Assembly: GCA_963772835.1 (NCBI GenBank)
Contig: CAVYYZ010000015.1
Coordinates: 1-64,000 of the forward strand
Direction: 5' to 3'
From: an uncultured delta proteobacterium
GTDB taxonomy: Bacteria; Desulfobacterota; Desulfuromonadia; Geobacterales; Pseudopelobacteraceae
DNA length: 64,000 nt
The notes under the pieces are model-generated. The model was not told the origin of the DNA. It made no database searches and saw only the letters and a list, made by a program, of their open reading frames with translations. The position numbers were made by a program, and so were the translations under genes. Positions 1 through 12,318 of the stretch are shown here, one piece after another; within the stretch, counting starts at the first letter, position 1, and each line of letters starts with the position of its first letter.

Positions 1-71
1 ATGCCTTCGACACGTTGCATTATTTCTAATCATCATCCTTCTGGATATGATTATCTGTATAACGGAAATTT

Positions 72-236
72 ATAACACGGAGATACGGAGTACACGGAGA
101 AAAGCGATAGAAAATAGCCTGTTTGGGGTAAAACCCAACATAATAATTTCTTTATTTTGCCGTTGAATCTCTGTTTTAATTGTTTAGCCGCACTTTCGTC
201 TATGGCTCTCTCCGTTTCTCAGTATCTCCTTGTTAT
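72..236. repeat. Imperfect long inverted-repeat element (REP/MITE-like, internal ACGGAG units)
   Basis: Left arm ATAACACGGAGATACGGAGTACACGGAGAAAAGCGATAG (72-110) aligns with the reverse complement of 200-236 (ATAACAAGGAGATACTGAGAAACGGAGAGAGCCATAG) around an AT-rich spacer. Confidence 0.6.
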
Positions 237-252
237 TAAACGGTTTTCAATT

Positions 253-1120
253 TTACTGTTCCTGCACCGTACCTTTACCGTCGGCTGTTCACCGGCGGAC
301 CCCCTTGAAGCTGCCGCGCTGGGGGGCCGCATCGTAGGAGTCCCGGCCGACGGCAACCGCTATATAATGATCATTGGCCAGCAGGTTATGGGTAGCATCA
401 AAACCAACCCACCCGGCGCCGGGCACCAGAGCCTCGGCCCAGGCGTGCGTGGCCAGCCCATCGCCGGCAGAGCTGATACCGGGATTCAGATATCCCATCA
501 CATAACGTGCCGGGATACCCCAGGAGCGTGCCACGGTGATGAACAGGTGGGCAAAATCCTGGCAGACACCATTTCCCTGCTGAAGCGCCACCGCCAGGGA
601 ACCGTGTACTTCAGTCGTACCCGAGCGGTATTCAAGCACCGTCGGCACCCAGGCCAACAGCTGCATGAGTGAATCAAGGACCGACAGCTCCGGCTGACGC
701 TGTGGCAACACGCAGGGGAGCGATTCGACAAGTTTCTGAACCGAAGGGGTCACCGGACTGCGATGCAGGATAAAATCGTTCATGGAAGGGGTGCGCCGGA
801 TCTCCTTGCGCAGCCATTCCTGCTCTTCAGCGGGAGCAATCGCCGGAAAATCAAAGGGATTTACCTTCAGGGTTTCCACGGTGGCATCTCAGACGCGTTA
901 CCAGCCGGTTGTGGGGTGGAATCACACAGAAGTAATCCACCCGGTTGCCGAAATAGTCATTGTAGGTGGCCAGTTCTGCCGCCGGTTCTGTTTCAATGCT
1001 GCAGTCAACAAGCTGCTGGTGGCTATCGCTGCGGGGGACCAGACGCAGCTCAATATGATGTTCTCGAACCGCCTGGGGATACTCAAGTACCGTCTCATGT
1101 TCTATCAGATAACGCATCAT
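253..1120 (-). CDS. Transglutaminase-like protein (N-terminal bacterial transglutaminase domain plus core); three apparent single-base indels
   Basis: Catalytic motifs GVCQDFAH, HAWAE and GWVGFDAT in ORF 289..879. The N-terminus MMRYLIEHETVLEY starts at 1120 behind a GGGGAG RBS. Indels near 887 (+1), 300 (+1) and 272 (-1) restore about 288 aa ending ...VKVTVQEQ*. Confidence 0.85.
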
Positions 1121-1131
1121 GCTCCCCTTCT

Positions 1132-2071
1132 TTATTGAAAAAACTCTTCTACCAGTGCCCGTATGAAACAATGTCAGCCGCTCCAGCAGACTTTCCAGAT
1201 ATTCATGCAGCCCGTAGTCGAAAATCTGCTGCGATGTCACAGCAACCATTTCGGAGAGATCCGCAAAGGCCGTCCGGGTGGCATCCTTCTGCTCCAGACC
1301 GATGGTCTGCAGAGCCCCTCCCATACGCCGCACTGAAAATACGATCGAACGGGGGAAATCACGGTTCAGCACCACAAATTCTGCCACATCGGCCGGCATG
1401 AATCCGGAGTGATAGCTGCGGCGGAAGGCCTCGAAACCGGAGAGGGACTTGAGCAGGGCCGCCCACTGGTAATAATCCAGGGCCGAACCGACCATGGAGA
1501 GGTCGGGCAGAATGATATGGTACTTGACATCCAGGGTCCGGGCGGTCATATCGGCCCGCTCGAAGCTGCCGCCCAGCTGGTAGAAGGCATAGGCCTCACC
1601 GCGCATCATGGTGGATGATGTCAGTCCGTTGAAGCGGGCCACCTGGCCGCGCAGCTCCACAAATATGGCGCAGGCCCGCTCGGCGGTCAGCTGCCCCTTC
1701 AGCCGTTCGTCGAACTTCATCCAGATCTCGTTGACCGCCTCCCACATCTCCTTGGATATGCGGTCACGCGCCACCCGGGCATTCTCACGGAACAGCCGCA
1801 GGCAGGTTCTGATGGAGCTGGTGTTGGTGCGGCCGGCGCTGATGAACTGCAGCACCCGCGGCGTACTGATGCCGCCGTCACCGTACTGCTCGCTGTAGCG
1901 ATCCTCGGACGAGGTGATCTGCAGGATCGGCCGCCACTTGTCCTCTTCGCTCATGTCTTCTTCCGCCTCCACCAGATAGAGCAGGTTGATCTCCATCAGG
2001 CGGGCGGTTTCACCGGCCCGCTCCAGATAGCGGGCCATCCAGTACATAGAATCAGCTATGCGGCTTAACAT
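1132..2071 (-). CDS. Alpha-E domain protein (DUF403), partner of the CP ATP-grasp; +1 indel near 1160
   Basis: MLSRIADSMYWMARYLERA and ERADMTARTLDVKY signature ER motifs. Removing one G near 1160 gives ...FHTALVEEFFQ* at 1132. Confidence 0.88.
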
Positions 2072-2114
2072 AGAGTTGATCCTTTTATTATTAGAAAATC
2101 AGCAACAGTTTGTT

Positions 2115-2211
2115 GTAGGGGCGAACAGCGAAACGTTTTCACCTGCTTTGGCAACTCGTCGCGCCAGAGATCATAGCGGGTAAAGCAGATGAACCTAGCT
2201 TTACCCAGTAC
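2115..2211. repeat. Degenerate GTAG-type REP doublet (REPIN-like)
   Basis: GTAGGGGCGAA... at 2115 and an oppositely oriented unit with a perfect 9-bp hairpin GGGTAAAGC/GCTTTACCC (2178-2206) followed by AGTAC; intergenic. Confidence 0.5.
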
Positions 2212-2221
2212 GAAATCAATT

Positions 2222-3668
2222 CTATTCAGCCAGCACCCAGGTATCCTTACTTCCGCCACCCTGCGACGAATTGACCACCAGCGACCCTTTTCGCAGCGCC
2301 ACCCTGGTCAGCCCGCCCGGCACCACCTCGATCTCTTCGCCATAGATGGTGAAGGGACGCAGGTCCAGATGGCGGGCCTCCAGCTCTCCGTCCATGTAGC
2401 AGACGTGCCGCGACAGGTAGACCACCGGCTGGGCAATGTAGTTGCGGGGATTTTCCTGCACCAGAGCCACGAACTCCTTGCGCAGGGCCGGCGTGGAGGA
2501 AGGCCCCATCAGCATGCCGTAGCCACCCGACTCGCTGACCGCCTTGATCACCATCCGCTCCATGTTGTCAAAGACATACTCGCGATCCTTGACATTGGTC
2601 ATCTGATAGGTGGGAACATTGTTGAGGATCGGCTCCTGACCCAGATAGTAGCGGATGATGTCCGGCACATAGGGGTAGACCGCCTTGTCATCGGCGATAC
2701 CGCTGCCCGGCGCATTGACGATGGCCACATTTCCCGCGCGCCAGGCATTGATCACACCGGCGATGCCGAGGGTCGAATCGGAACGGAACACCAGCGGGTC
2801 GAGGAAATCGTCGTCGACGCGGCGGTAGATCACGTCCACCCGCTGCAGGCCGGTGGTGGTCTTGAGATAGACGATATCGTTGACAACCACCATATCGCGC
2901 CCTTCGGCCAGTTCCACCCCCATCTCCTTGGCCAGGAAGGTGTGTTCAAAATAGGCCGAGTTGTAGATGCCGGGAGTCAGCAGCACGATTTCGGCATTCT
3001 CCTTGCCGCGCGGTGACAGTGAGCGGAGGGCGGCCAGCAGCAGCGCCGGATAGTGAGCAACACGGCGAACCTTGTATTTATCGAAGAATTCCGGCATGAT
3101 GCGTCGCTCGATGACCCGGTTCTCGATCATGTAGGAGACCCCTGACGGTGTGCGCAGGTTGTCCTCCAGCACCAGGAACTCCCCCTTCTCGTCACGGATG
3201 ATGTCAATGCCGCTGATGTGGGTATAGATGCCGCGCTGTGGCACGATGCCGACGATCTCGCGCCGGAAGTCGCGCCCCTGATAGATCAGCTCGGGCGGGA
3301 TGACGCCGTCCTTGATGATGCGCTGTTCGCCGTACAGGTCCCCCAGAAACAGATTCAGTGCACGTACCCGCTGCTTGAGTCCGGTTTCAATCTTGACCCA
3401 CTCGGCGGCGGTGATGATGCGGGGAATCAGGTCAAAGGGCCAGATGCGCTCGATCCCCTCTTCACTTTCACCGTACACCGTAAAGGTGACCCCTTCGGCC
3501 TGCAGCGCCAGCTGGGATTCATGTGCCTTGGCCTCCAGCGCGTTGTTGCCGGTGGCCTTGATATGATCCCACAGCAGGCGATAATGGTCACGGGGGGTAA
3601 AATCATCGGCGTAGAATTCGTGATAGGGGGTGCGGGGTTTGCTGCCCTGGTATGCCGGAGTTGTACAT
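2222..3668 (-). CDS. Circularly permuted type 2 ATP-grasp protein (DUF404/407); +1 indel just after the start codon
   Basis: Motifs VLEDNLRTPSGVSY, NSAYFEH, DVIYRRVDD, GGLTRVAL and VNSSQGGGSKDTWV. The frame is open upstream of 3478 to about 3664; ATG at 3668 follows an AAAGGAG RBS, and removing one T gives MTTPAYQGSKPRTPYHEF. Confidence 0.92.
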
Positions 3669-3812
3669 GGCGGCCACTCCTTTGTGCATAAATTCGGTTA
3701 AGTATACATACAATTAATAATTTCGACATTATTATTCGCGACTGCCGGCAAGGGGACTCCCCTGTTCAAACCGCACCGTGAATACACCTCTGCCGAAGAC
3801 GCCTCAATCGGT

Positions 3813-3839
3813 AAAAGTCGCGGGCGTACTACCCGTGAC
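3813..3839 (-). terminator. Possible weak intrinsic terminator/attenuator after the ANTAR gene
   Basis: Minus-strand hairpin GTCACGGG-7nt-CCCGCGAC followed by TTTT. Confidence 0.35.
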
Positions 3840-3854
3840 TGGTGAGGCTCTTTT

Positions 3855-4421
3855 TCAGCTCTCCTTCAAAATCATGTTCGCGATCTGCAGCAGCGACCTC
3901 CGCTTATCCATCGCACTTTTCTGCATGATCCGGTACGCCTCTGCCTCTGACACGCGATTCTTTTCCATCAGAACCCCTTTGGCTTTTTCGACGATTTTCC
4001 GGTTGTCAATAAACTCGCGCAGATCATCGATTTTCTCTTTGAGGCTTTCAACCTCTTCAACGTGCTGCAGAGCAATTTCTATGGCCGGCAGGAGATCCTG
4101 CTGCCGGAGCGGTTTGGTTAAAAAAGCGGCAATTCCGCTTGCCGATGCCCGTTTAACAGTCGCGCTGTCACTGGAGCTTGTCAAGAGCATGATCGGAATC
4201 TTCAGCTTTTTTTTGATCTCGACTGCGGCGGTTATTCCGTCCATTCCAGGCATGGAAACATCCAGAATTGCCATATCAGGAAAGCTCGCCAAAGCCAATT
4301 CTACAGCTTTTGCGCCATCTCCGCACTCCAGTATCTCATCGAATCCAAGATCACTCAACATGCTTTTCAGGTTCATTCTGATAATCGGCTCATCATCACA
4401 GATCAGTATGGATTTACTCAT
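3855..4421 (-). CDS. REC-ANTAR response regulator (NasT/AmiR/GnfR-like antiterminator)
   Basis: Receiver (ICDDE, ILDVSMP, LTKP) plus ANTAR (RKIVEKAKGVLM...EAEAYRIMQKSAMDKR). Start re-called at MSKSILI behind GGGAGG. Confidence 0.92.
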   Translation of the reverse strand: MSKSILICDDEPIIRMNLKSMLSDLGFDEILECGDGAKAVELALASFPDMAILDVSMPGMDGITAAVEIKKKLKIPIMLLTSSSDSATVKRASASGIAAFLTKPLRQQDLLPAIEIALQHVEEVESLKEKIDDLREFIDNRKIVEKAKGVLMEKNRVSEAEAYRIMQKSAMDKRRSLLQIANMILKES

Positions 4422-4447
4422 GGTGGCTTCCTCCCTACCGGGGTAGT

Positions 4448-4463
4448 AGCATGAGGCGTGCCA
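4448..4463 (-). promoter_or_regulatory. Sigma54 (-24/-12) promoter of the ANTAR gene
   Basis: Minus strand TGGCACGCCTCATGCT = GG-N10-GC, close to the TGGCACG-N4-TTGC consensus, 26 bp upstream of the ATG. Confidence 0.8.
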
Positions 4464-4591
4464 CGCGGAAGAAACGTGACGTTCGATGACGGTAGAGAAG
4501 AGTCGCCCCTGAGGATGGAGGTGCCGGATTCGTCGTATTTCGTCGGATGTCACCGTGCTACCGCGCCTTGATTGCTGCATTGCTGCAGAAA

Positions 4592-4608
4592 TGCACGATT
4601 AATGTGAC
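4592..4608. promoter_or_regulatory. Candidate NtrC-type enhancer site
   Basis: TGCAC-GATTAAT-GTGAC resembles TGCAC-N7-GTGCA, about 130 bp upstream of the sigma54 site. Confidence 0.45.
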
Positions 4609-4651
4609 GCCTGTATGGCATTTTCTCCCCGTAATGTTTATAGTTGCATCA

Positions 4652-5593
4652 ATGGGCCTTTCAAACACACAGCATGACGAAGAACTTGTGGCATGGAGCC
4701 AGGTTCCCTCACCACACGGCACCTTGCTGACGAAAAGCCGGGCCCGCTCCTGGGCACTCGTGCTGGACTCCCGCTCCATCCCCTGCTGCATCGAACCCGA
4801 CGGGGTCGGCTGGCAGCTGCTGGTGCAGGAACGCCACCTGGAGAGTGCCTGCAGGGAGCTGTTGTTGTACGAAGAGGCCAATCTGGGGTGGCCCCCTCCG
4901 GTGCCTGCCGCACAGCAGCTGATTGAGAATACCTTGCCGACCGTTTCGGTTCTGCTGCTGCTGGCAATCTTTCATAATCTAACGATTATCGGCCCGTCTG
5001 TTGCGGAGCACGGTTTTCTCGATCTGCACAATCTTGGCGTTGCCCACGCGGCGAGCATCAGGGACGGCCAGTGGTGGCAATGCATCACCGCCCTTACGCT
5101 GCATGCCGACCTCACACATCTGCTCAGCAATCTGACAATCGGCGGAGTATTCATCATTCTGCTCTGCCGCGAACTCGGCTCGGGACTTGCCTGGAGTCTG
5201 CTGTTGACATCCGGTACGGTCGGAAATCTGATCAATGCCTGGGTCCAGTCACCGTCGCACCGCTCTGTAGGAGCCTCCACCGCTGTTTTTGGTGCGGTAG
5301 GCATTCTTGCCGCGATCAGTATGGTGCGCCGCCGCCATGACCTGCAGAGACGCTGGTTCATACCGGTTGCCGCAGGACTTGCGCTGCTGGCTATTCTGGG
5401 CACAGAAGGGAAGCAGACCGACCTGGGCGCCCACCTGTTCGGTTTCTGTGCCGGCGTACTCTCCGGAGCAGCGGCGGAAATGCTGGTGGGAAAATACGGT
5501 CGTCCCGGACCCGTGCTGAACGTTCTGTTTGCACTGATGAGCGGGGCTCTGGTGGCAGCGGCATGGTGGGCAGCAATTGAGTCTGGCGGATGA
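4652..5593 (+). CDS. Rhomboid family intramembrane serine protease
   Basis: WWQCITALTLHADLTHLLSN, catalytic GAS (VGASTAVFG) and AHLFG; multiple TM helices. Confidence 0.9.
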   Translation: MGLSNTQHDEELVAWSQVPSPHGTLLTKSRARSWALVLDSRSIPCCIEPDGVGWQLLVQERHLESACRELLLYEEANLGWPPPVPAAQQLIENTLPTVSVLLLLAIFHNLTIIGPSVAEHGFLDLHNLGVAHAASIRDGQWWQCITALTLHADLTHLLSNLTIGGVFIILLCRELGSGLAWSLLLTSGTVGNLINAWVQSPSHRSVGASTAVFGAVGILAAISMVRRRHDLQRRWFIPVAAGLALLAILGTEGKQTDLGAHLFGFCAGVLSGAAAEMLVGKYGRPGPVLNVLFALMSGALVAAAWWAAIESGG

Positions 5594-8500
5594 CGGGTCG
5601 CTTTGAAAACAGTCCACACAGAAATGAGAAAAGCGTGCAGCAGGATATTCAGCAAAAAAAAACGCCCTATCGTTTGCTGATAGAGCAGAGCGGGTATGGC
5701 AACAGCATCCGCGGAGCAATCAAGCGGGGTGAAGAGTCCGTATATGGCTGGACAACGCACGCCCTGCCGGCCGATCTGGCCCGTTTTCTGGCTTCACATA
5801 ATTTCTGTGATTCTTCCCTGCGGTATTTCGAATCGTTCATCAGGCTGACCGGCGGCGCATATCCGATCGTGTTTCGCGATTCCCACGGCCGCGAAACAAC
5901 CCTTGTCTACAGGGGAGACCACCCCTGTACCGCCGGAATCATCTTCGATATACGGGACGATGAAGTGTATATTTCACGTTCCTTTGCAGACGGATCGTCA
6001 CTTCCTGATGCTGCCGTCGTACATGGAGAGATGCTGTTCGACCTCGCCGTAGCTTCTGTTACGCCGGTTGCAAACCGGGATGCCTGGAAAAGGTGGGAAA
6101 CACTGTTCGATGAGCTGGACGGAACAGCGGATGATTTCGGCGACGACGAGATCGATGACGAAACATGGCCGGATGAAGAGGTTACTCCGCCGGCAGCAGC
6201 CGGCCAGGGACTCCGGACACATCACCACACGATCATCACGCCGTTGGAACTATTTAACAGCTCCGCCGTACGGCTTACACCGGAAGCAGTCGACAATCAG
6301 GATATGCATTTCAGTTTCGCGCTGAATGGTGTGCTCTCTGCACAGCAAACCAAAACCCCCCTGACTTACCTGCTGGATGTCCCGTACGGCATGTCTGACC
6401 CGACTGCAGTACTGGAACCGGTTACCCGTTCCGAGCAGTGCACCTTTCCCTTTTCCCGTTCAGCCTTCCGGCTTTTCAACCCGCTCCGTCGCGGGGACCT
6501 CTCGTGTCCGATGCGCACAAAAAAACGGCTGCGGGCGCTCTTGGATACGGCCTTTGCGCTGTTGGACGAACCCGGAGCCACTGCTCGAAACGCCATTGTC
6601 CGGGCCATGACCGCCTCTCCCGATTTTTTGAAACGGAAGGTGAAGCGCGAGGCCAAACAGCTTCTCACTTTTCTGGCCGAATCATGGGAACAATCGAACA
6701 TTATCCTGACGGCAGCATCTGACGGCTGGCATTTTCTGAAGGACGATCACCGCAGCCAGGCCCGTATGATGCGTATTCTGTACGACCAGTTCGGGCTGGA
6801 CGCTTTTGTCTCCGACAGGACATCACTCCGGGTAGAACTTGCGACCGCCACCCTGCTGAAGGAACTGCCGCGACTGTCGGCACGCCTGCAGAGAGAGGGG
6901 TTTTTACTCCGGATCGCCAGTGAACAGTTGACGGAAGCATCGTGGGCGTTTTCTCTGGATGCCACCCGGAGCAGCCGGGACTGGTTCGAGTTGAGACCGG
7001 AGATCCGCTGCAACGGAGAGTTGCTGACGGGAGCAGAGTTGCGCGACCTCCTGGACGGCAGCGGCATGCTGCGCCGTAACGGCAGACTGATGTTGCTGGA
7101 CGAGATCAGTGCACAGGTGCTGGCAATGTTTGCCGGTACACTGCCGGCGCCGGGCGGGAAGAGGAAAAAAGGGGAGCAGGATCTTGTGCGTGTGGCACGA
7201 CTGCAGATCCTCGATTGGCTGCAGCTGCGCAGCCACGGCGTCGAAGTGCGGCTTTCTGCGGATGATGCACAGCTGCTTGAGAATCTTCTCAATTTTTCTT
7301 CTATCCCGGCCAGGCCCGTACCGGCAGGGCTTAACGTGACTCTCCGTCATTATCAGGTCGATGCCTGGCACTGGCTTGCATTCCTGTATGAGCACCGTTT
7401 CGGCGCCTGTCTGGCTGATGACATGGGGCTGGGCAAGACCGTGCAGGGGATTACCCTGCTGGCCGGGATCATCTCCGGCGAGCTTGCCACAGCGACGGCA
7501 CCCGGAACTCCGCATCTGGTCGTTGCTCCGCCGTCACTGCTTTTCAACTGGGAGGCGGAACTGGCGCGGTTTCTTCCGGACGCCCGCGTCATGCTCTACA
7601 GCGGCAGCAGCCGCAGCAGAACCGACTTTTGCAATTTCGATGTCATTATCACCAGCTACGGCATCGTCCAGCGCGACTGCGACCTGCTGTCAGACCAGCG
7701 CTTCGATGTCATTATCTTCGATGAAACCCAGATGGTAAAAAATCTGCAGGCTGCTACCAGCAATGCCGTCCGCAAGCTGAAAGGCGCGTTTTCCCTTGCG
7801 CTGACCGGTACGCCGGTTGAAAATCATCTGGGAGAATACTTCGCCATCATGGACCTCTGCCTGCCGGGACTTCTGGGTACTCGCGAGGAGTTCAGCCGCA
7901 GACTCAGCCGGGATGGTGCCGCCGGTACGACGCGGCTCATCGGACGGACCCGCCCGTTTGTACTGCGCCGGACAAAACAGCTGATAGCAGATGAATTGCC
8001 GCCAAAGATCGAGATGGATATCCCGCTGGAACTGACGACAAAACAGAGGCTCTTTTATCAGCGTACCGTTGAAGAGGTCCGCGGTCAGGTCAGGGAAGCG
8101 TACGAGAGTCATGCCCCTGCACAAGCCCGCATCATCGCCCTGACCGCCATACTGCGCCTTCGCCAGATCTGCCTGGCGCCTGCCCTGGCATCTCCGGGAG
8201 CCAGTGACGCCTCGCCGAAACTCGAGTTTCTGGCAGAACAGCTGGCAGAACTGCGTGATGAAGGGCACAGCTCCCTGGTCTTCTCCCAGTTCACCGGCTA
8301 CCTTGACATCATCGAGAAAGGACTGAAGGATCGAGGCTTCACCTGCCTGCGCCTGGACGGTTCGACTCCGGTTCCACACCGGAAAAAGCTCGTGGAGACG
8401 TTCCAGAATGCGGCGGAACCGACCGTCTTTCTGATCAGCCTCAAAGCGGGGGGAAAGGGGCTTAACCTGACCCGCGCCACCTACGTCTACCACATGGACC

Positions 8501-8727
8501 CCTGGTGGAATCCGGCCGTTGAGAATCAGGCCTCCGACCGTGCCCACCGCATCGGCCAGACCGAGCAGGTCACCATCACCCGCCTGATCATGCGTCATAC
8601 CATAGAAGAAAAGATGATGGCATTGAAGGCGCAGAAAACCCGGCTCTACAAGGCAATCCTGGAGGATGGCGCGGGAGGCAGCGGTGCAGGGCTGACGCGG
8701 GAGGATTTTGATTTTCTGCTGGGGTGA
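5590..8727 (+). CDS. SNF2-family helicase/ATPase
   Basis: LADDMGLGKT, DETQ, LTGTPVENH, LVFSQF, RLDGST, DPWWNPAVENQASDRAHRIG. Confidence 0.92.
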   Translation: MTGRFENSPHRNEKSVQQDIQQKKTPYRLLIEQSGYGNSIRGAIKRGEESVYGWTTHALPADLARFLASHNFCDSSLRYFESFIRLTGGAYPIVFRDSHGRETTLVYRGDHPCTAGIIFDIRDDEVYISRSFADGSSLPDAAVVHGEMLFDLAVASVTPVANRDAWKRWETLFDELDGTADDFGDDEIDDETWPDEEVTPPAAAGQGLRTHHHTIITPLELFNSSAVRLTPEAVDNQDMHFSFALNGVLSAQQTKTPLTYLLDVPYGMSDPTAVLEPVTRSEQCTFPFSRSAFRLFNPLRRGDLSCPMRTKKRLRALLDTAFALLDEPGATARNAIVRAMTASPDFLKRKVKREAKQLLTFLAESWEQSNIILTAASDGWHFLKDDHRSQARMMRILYDQFGLDAFVSDRTSLRVELATATLLKELPRLSARLQREGFLLRIASEQLTEASWAFSLDATRSSRDWFELRPEIRCNGELLTGAELRDLLDGSGMLRRNGRLMLLDEISAQVLAMFAGTLPAPGGKRKKGEQDLVRVARLQILDWLQLRSHGVEVRLSADDAQLLENLLNFSSIPARPVPAGLNVTLRHYQVDAWHWLAFLYEHRFGACLADDMGLGKTVQGITLLAGIISGELATATAPGTPHLVVAPPSLLFNWEAELARFLPDARVMLYSGSSRSRTDFCNFDVIITSYGIVQRDCDLLSDQRFDVIIFDETQMVKNLQAATSNAVRKLKGAFSLALTGTPVENHLGEYFAIMDLCLPGLLGTREEFSRRLSRDGAAGTTRLIGRTRPFVLRRTKQLIADELPPKIEMDIPLELTTKQRLFYQRTVEEVRGQVREAYESHAPAQARIIALTAILRLRQICLAPALASPGASDASPKLEFLAEQLAELRDEGHSSLVFSQFTGYLDIIEKGLKDRGFTCLRLDGSTPVPHRKKLVETFQNAAEPTVFLISLKAGGKGLNLTRATYVYHMDPWWNPAVENQASDRAHRIGQTEQVTITRLIMRHTIEEKMMALKAQKTRLYKAILEDGAGGSGAGLTREDFDFLLG

Positions 8728-8867
8728 ATAGAGCACGACACTAATTAATGGATGGAAAGAAGGTACAGGAAGGAGTTGGAAATAAATGCGCAACAGCATA
8801 TCTGATTGCGAGCGGAGGACCGCAGGAGAGGCGGTGAAGACAGCACCTCCACATGGGTTTAATATAA

Positions 8868-9359
8868 TTAAGCCGGTTCTTCGAGAGCCTCTTCGAGGAG
8901 CGGCGTGATCACCACCCTGATCTTCCCCTTGCCCCAGAGACCGATTTTCTTCGCTGCAGCGCGGGACAGATCTATGAAGTGAAAGGAACGGGGGGCGCAG
9001 CGGTCGTTGATGGTGACAGTAACCTCCTGCATGCTGACCGGATTGGTTACCCGTACCACCGTACCGAACGGCAGGCTCTGGTGGGCGGCGGTCATTTTTT
9101 CCGGATTGTAGCGATGGCCGGAGGTTGTCCGGCGACCCTCGAATCTGCGGGCATAGTACGATGCAAAGCCTTCGACTGATTCAAACGGGCTGCTTTTCAG
9201 AACGAGTTCTTCAAGATTGGTCGGCACCGGCACGGAGAGCTCATGCAACAGGGACTGTTCACTCCCCGGCAGGTCATCTGCATAAACTGCTGAGGAGGAG
9301 AGCACTATGGCGAGGATGATGATACAATTCGCTATCGTATTGAAATTAAATCGGTTCAC
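8868..9359 (-). CDS. rlpA: RlpA-family lytic transglycosylase (DPBB domain)
   Basis: GFASYY...TAAHQSLPFGTVVRVTN...VTINDR...IDLSRAAA; GTG start. Confidence 0.85.
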   Translation of the reverse strand: MNRFNFNTIANCIIILAIVLSSSAVYADDLPGSEQSLLHELSVPVPTNLEELVLKSSPFESVEGFASYYARRFEGRRTTSGHRYNPEKMTAAHQSLPFGTVVRVTNPVSMQEVTVTINDRCAPRSFHFIDLSRAAAKKIGLWGKGKIRVVITPLLEEALEEPA

Positions 9360-9475
9360 ACGTCACTTATACAATATGCACAGATCCCGGTCAAGTGCTG
9401 TGCAGAACATGTGCAGATACCGGCTATGAATCATCGCGCGGCATACCGGAATATATTTCCACCATCACTATCGTA

Positions 9476-12285
<2,810 letters not shown>

Positions 12286-12318
12286 TTCGTCCCCCAGATA
12301 CTATCGTGAAGATGGCTT

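Noticed and set aside
851..2071. Apparent 406-aa alpha-E/transglutaminase-N fusion
   Set aside because: One extra G near 1160 explains it; a proper stop (1132), RBS and ATG (1120) exist for two separate genes.
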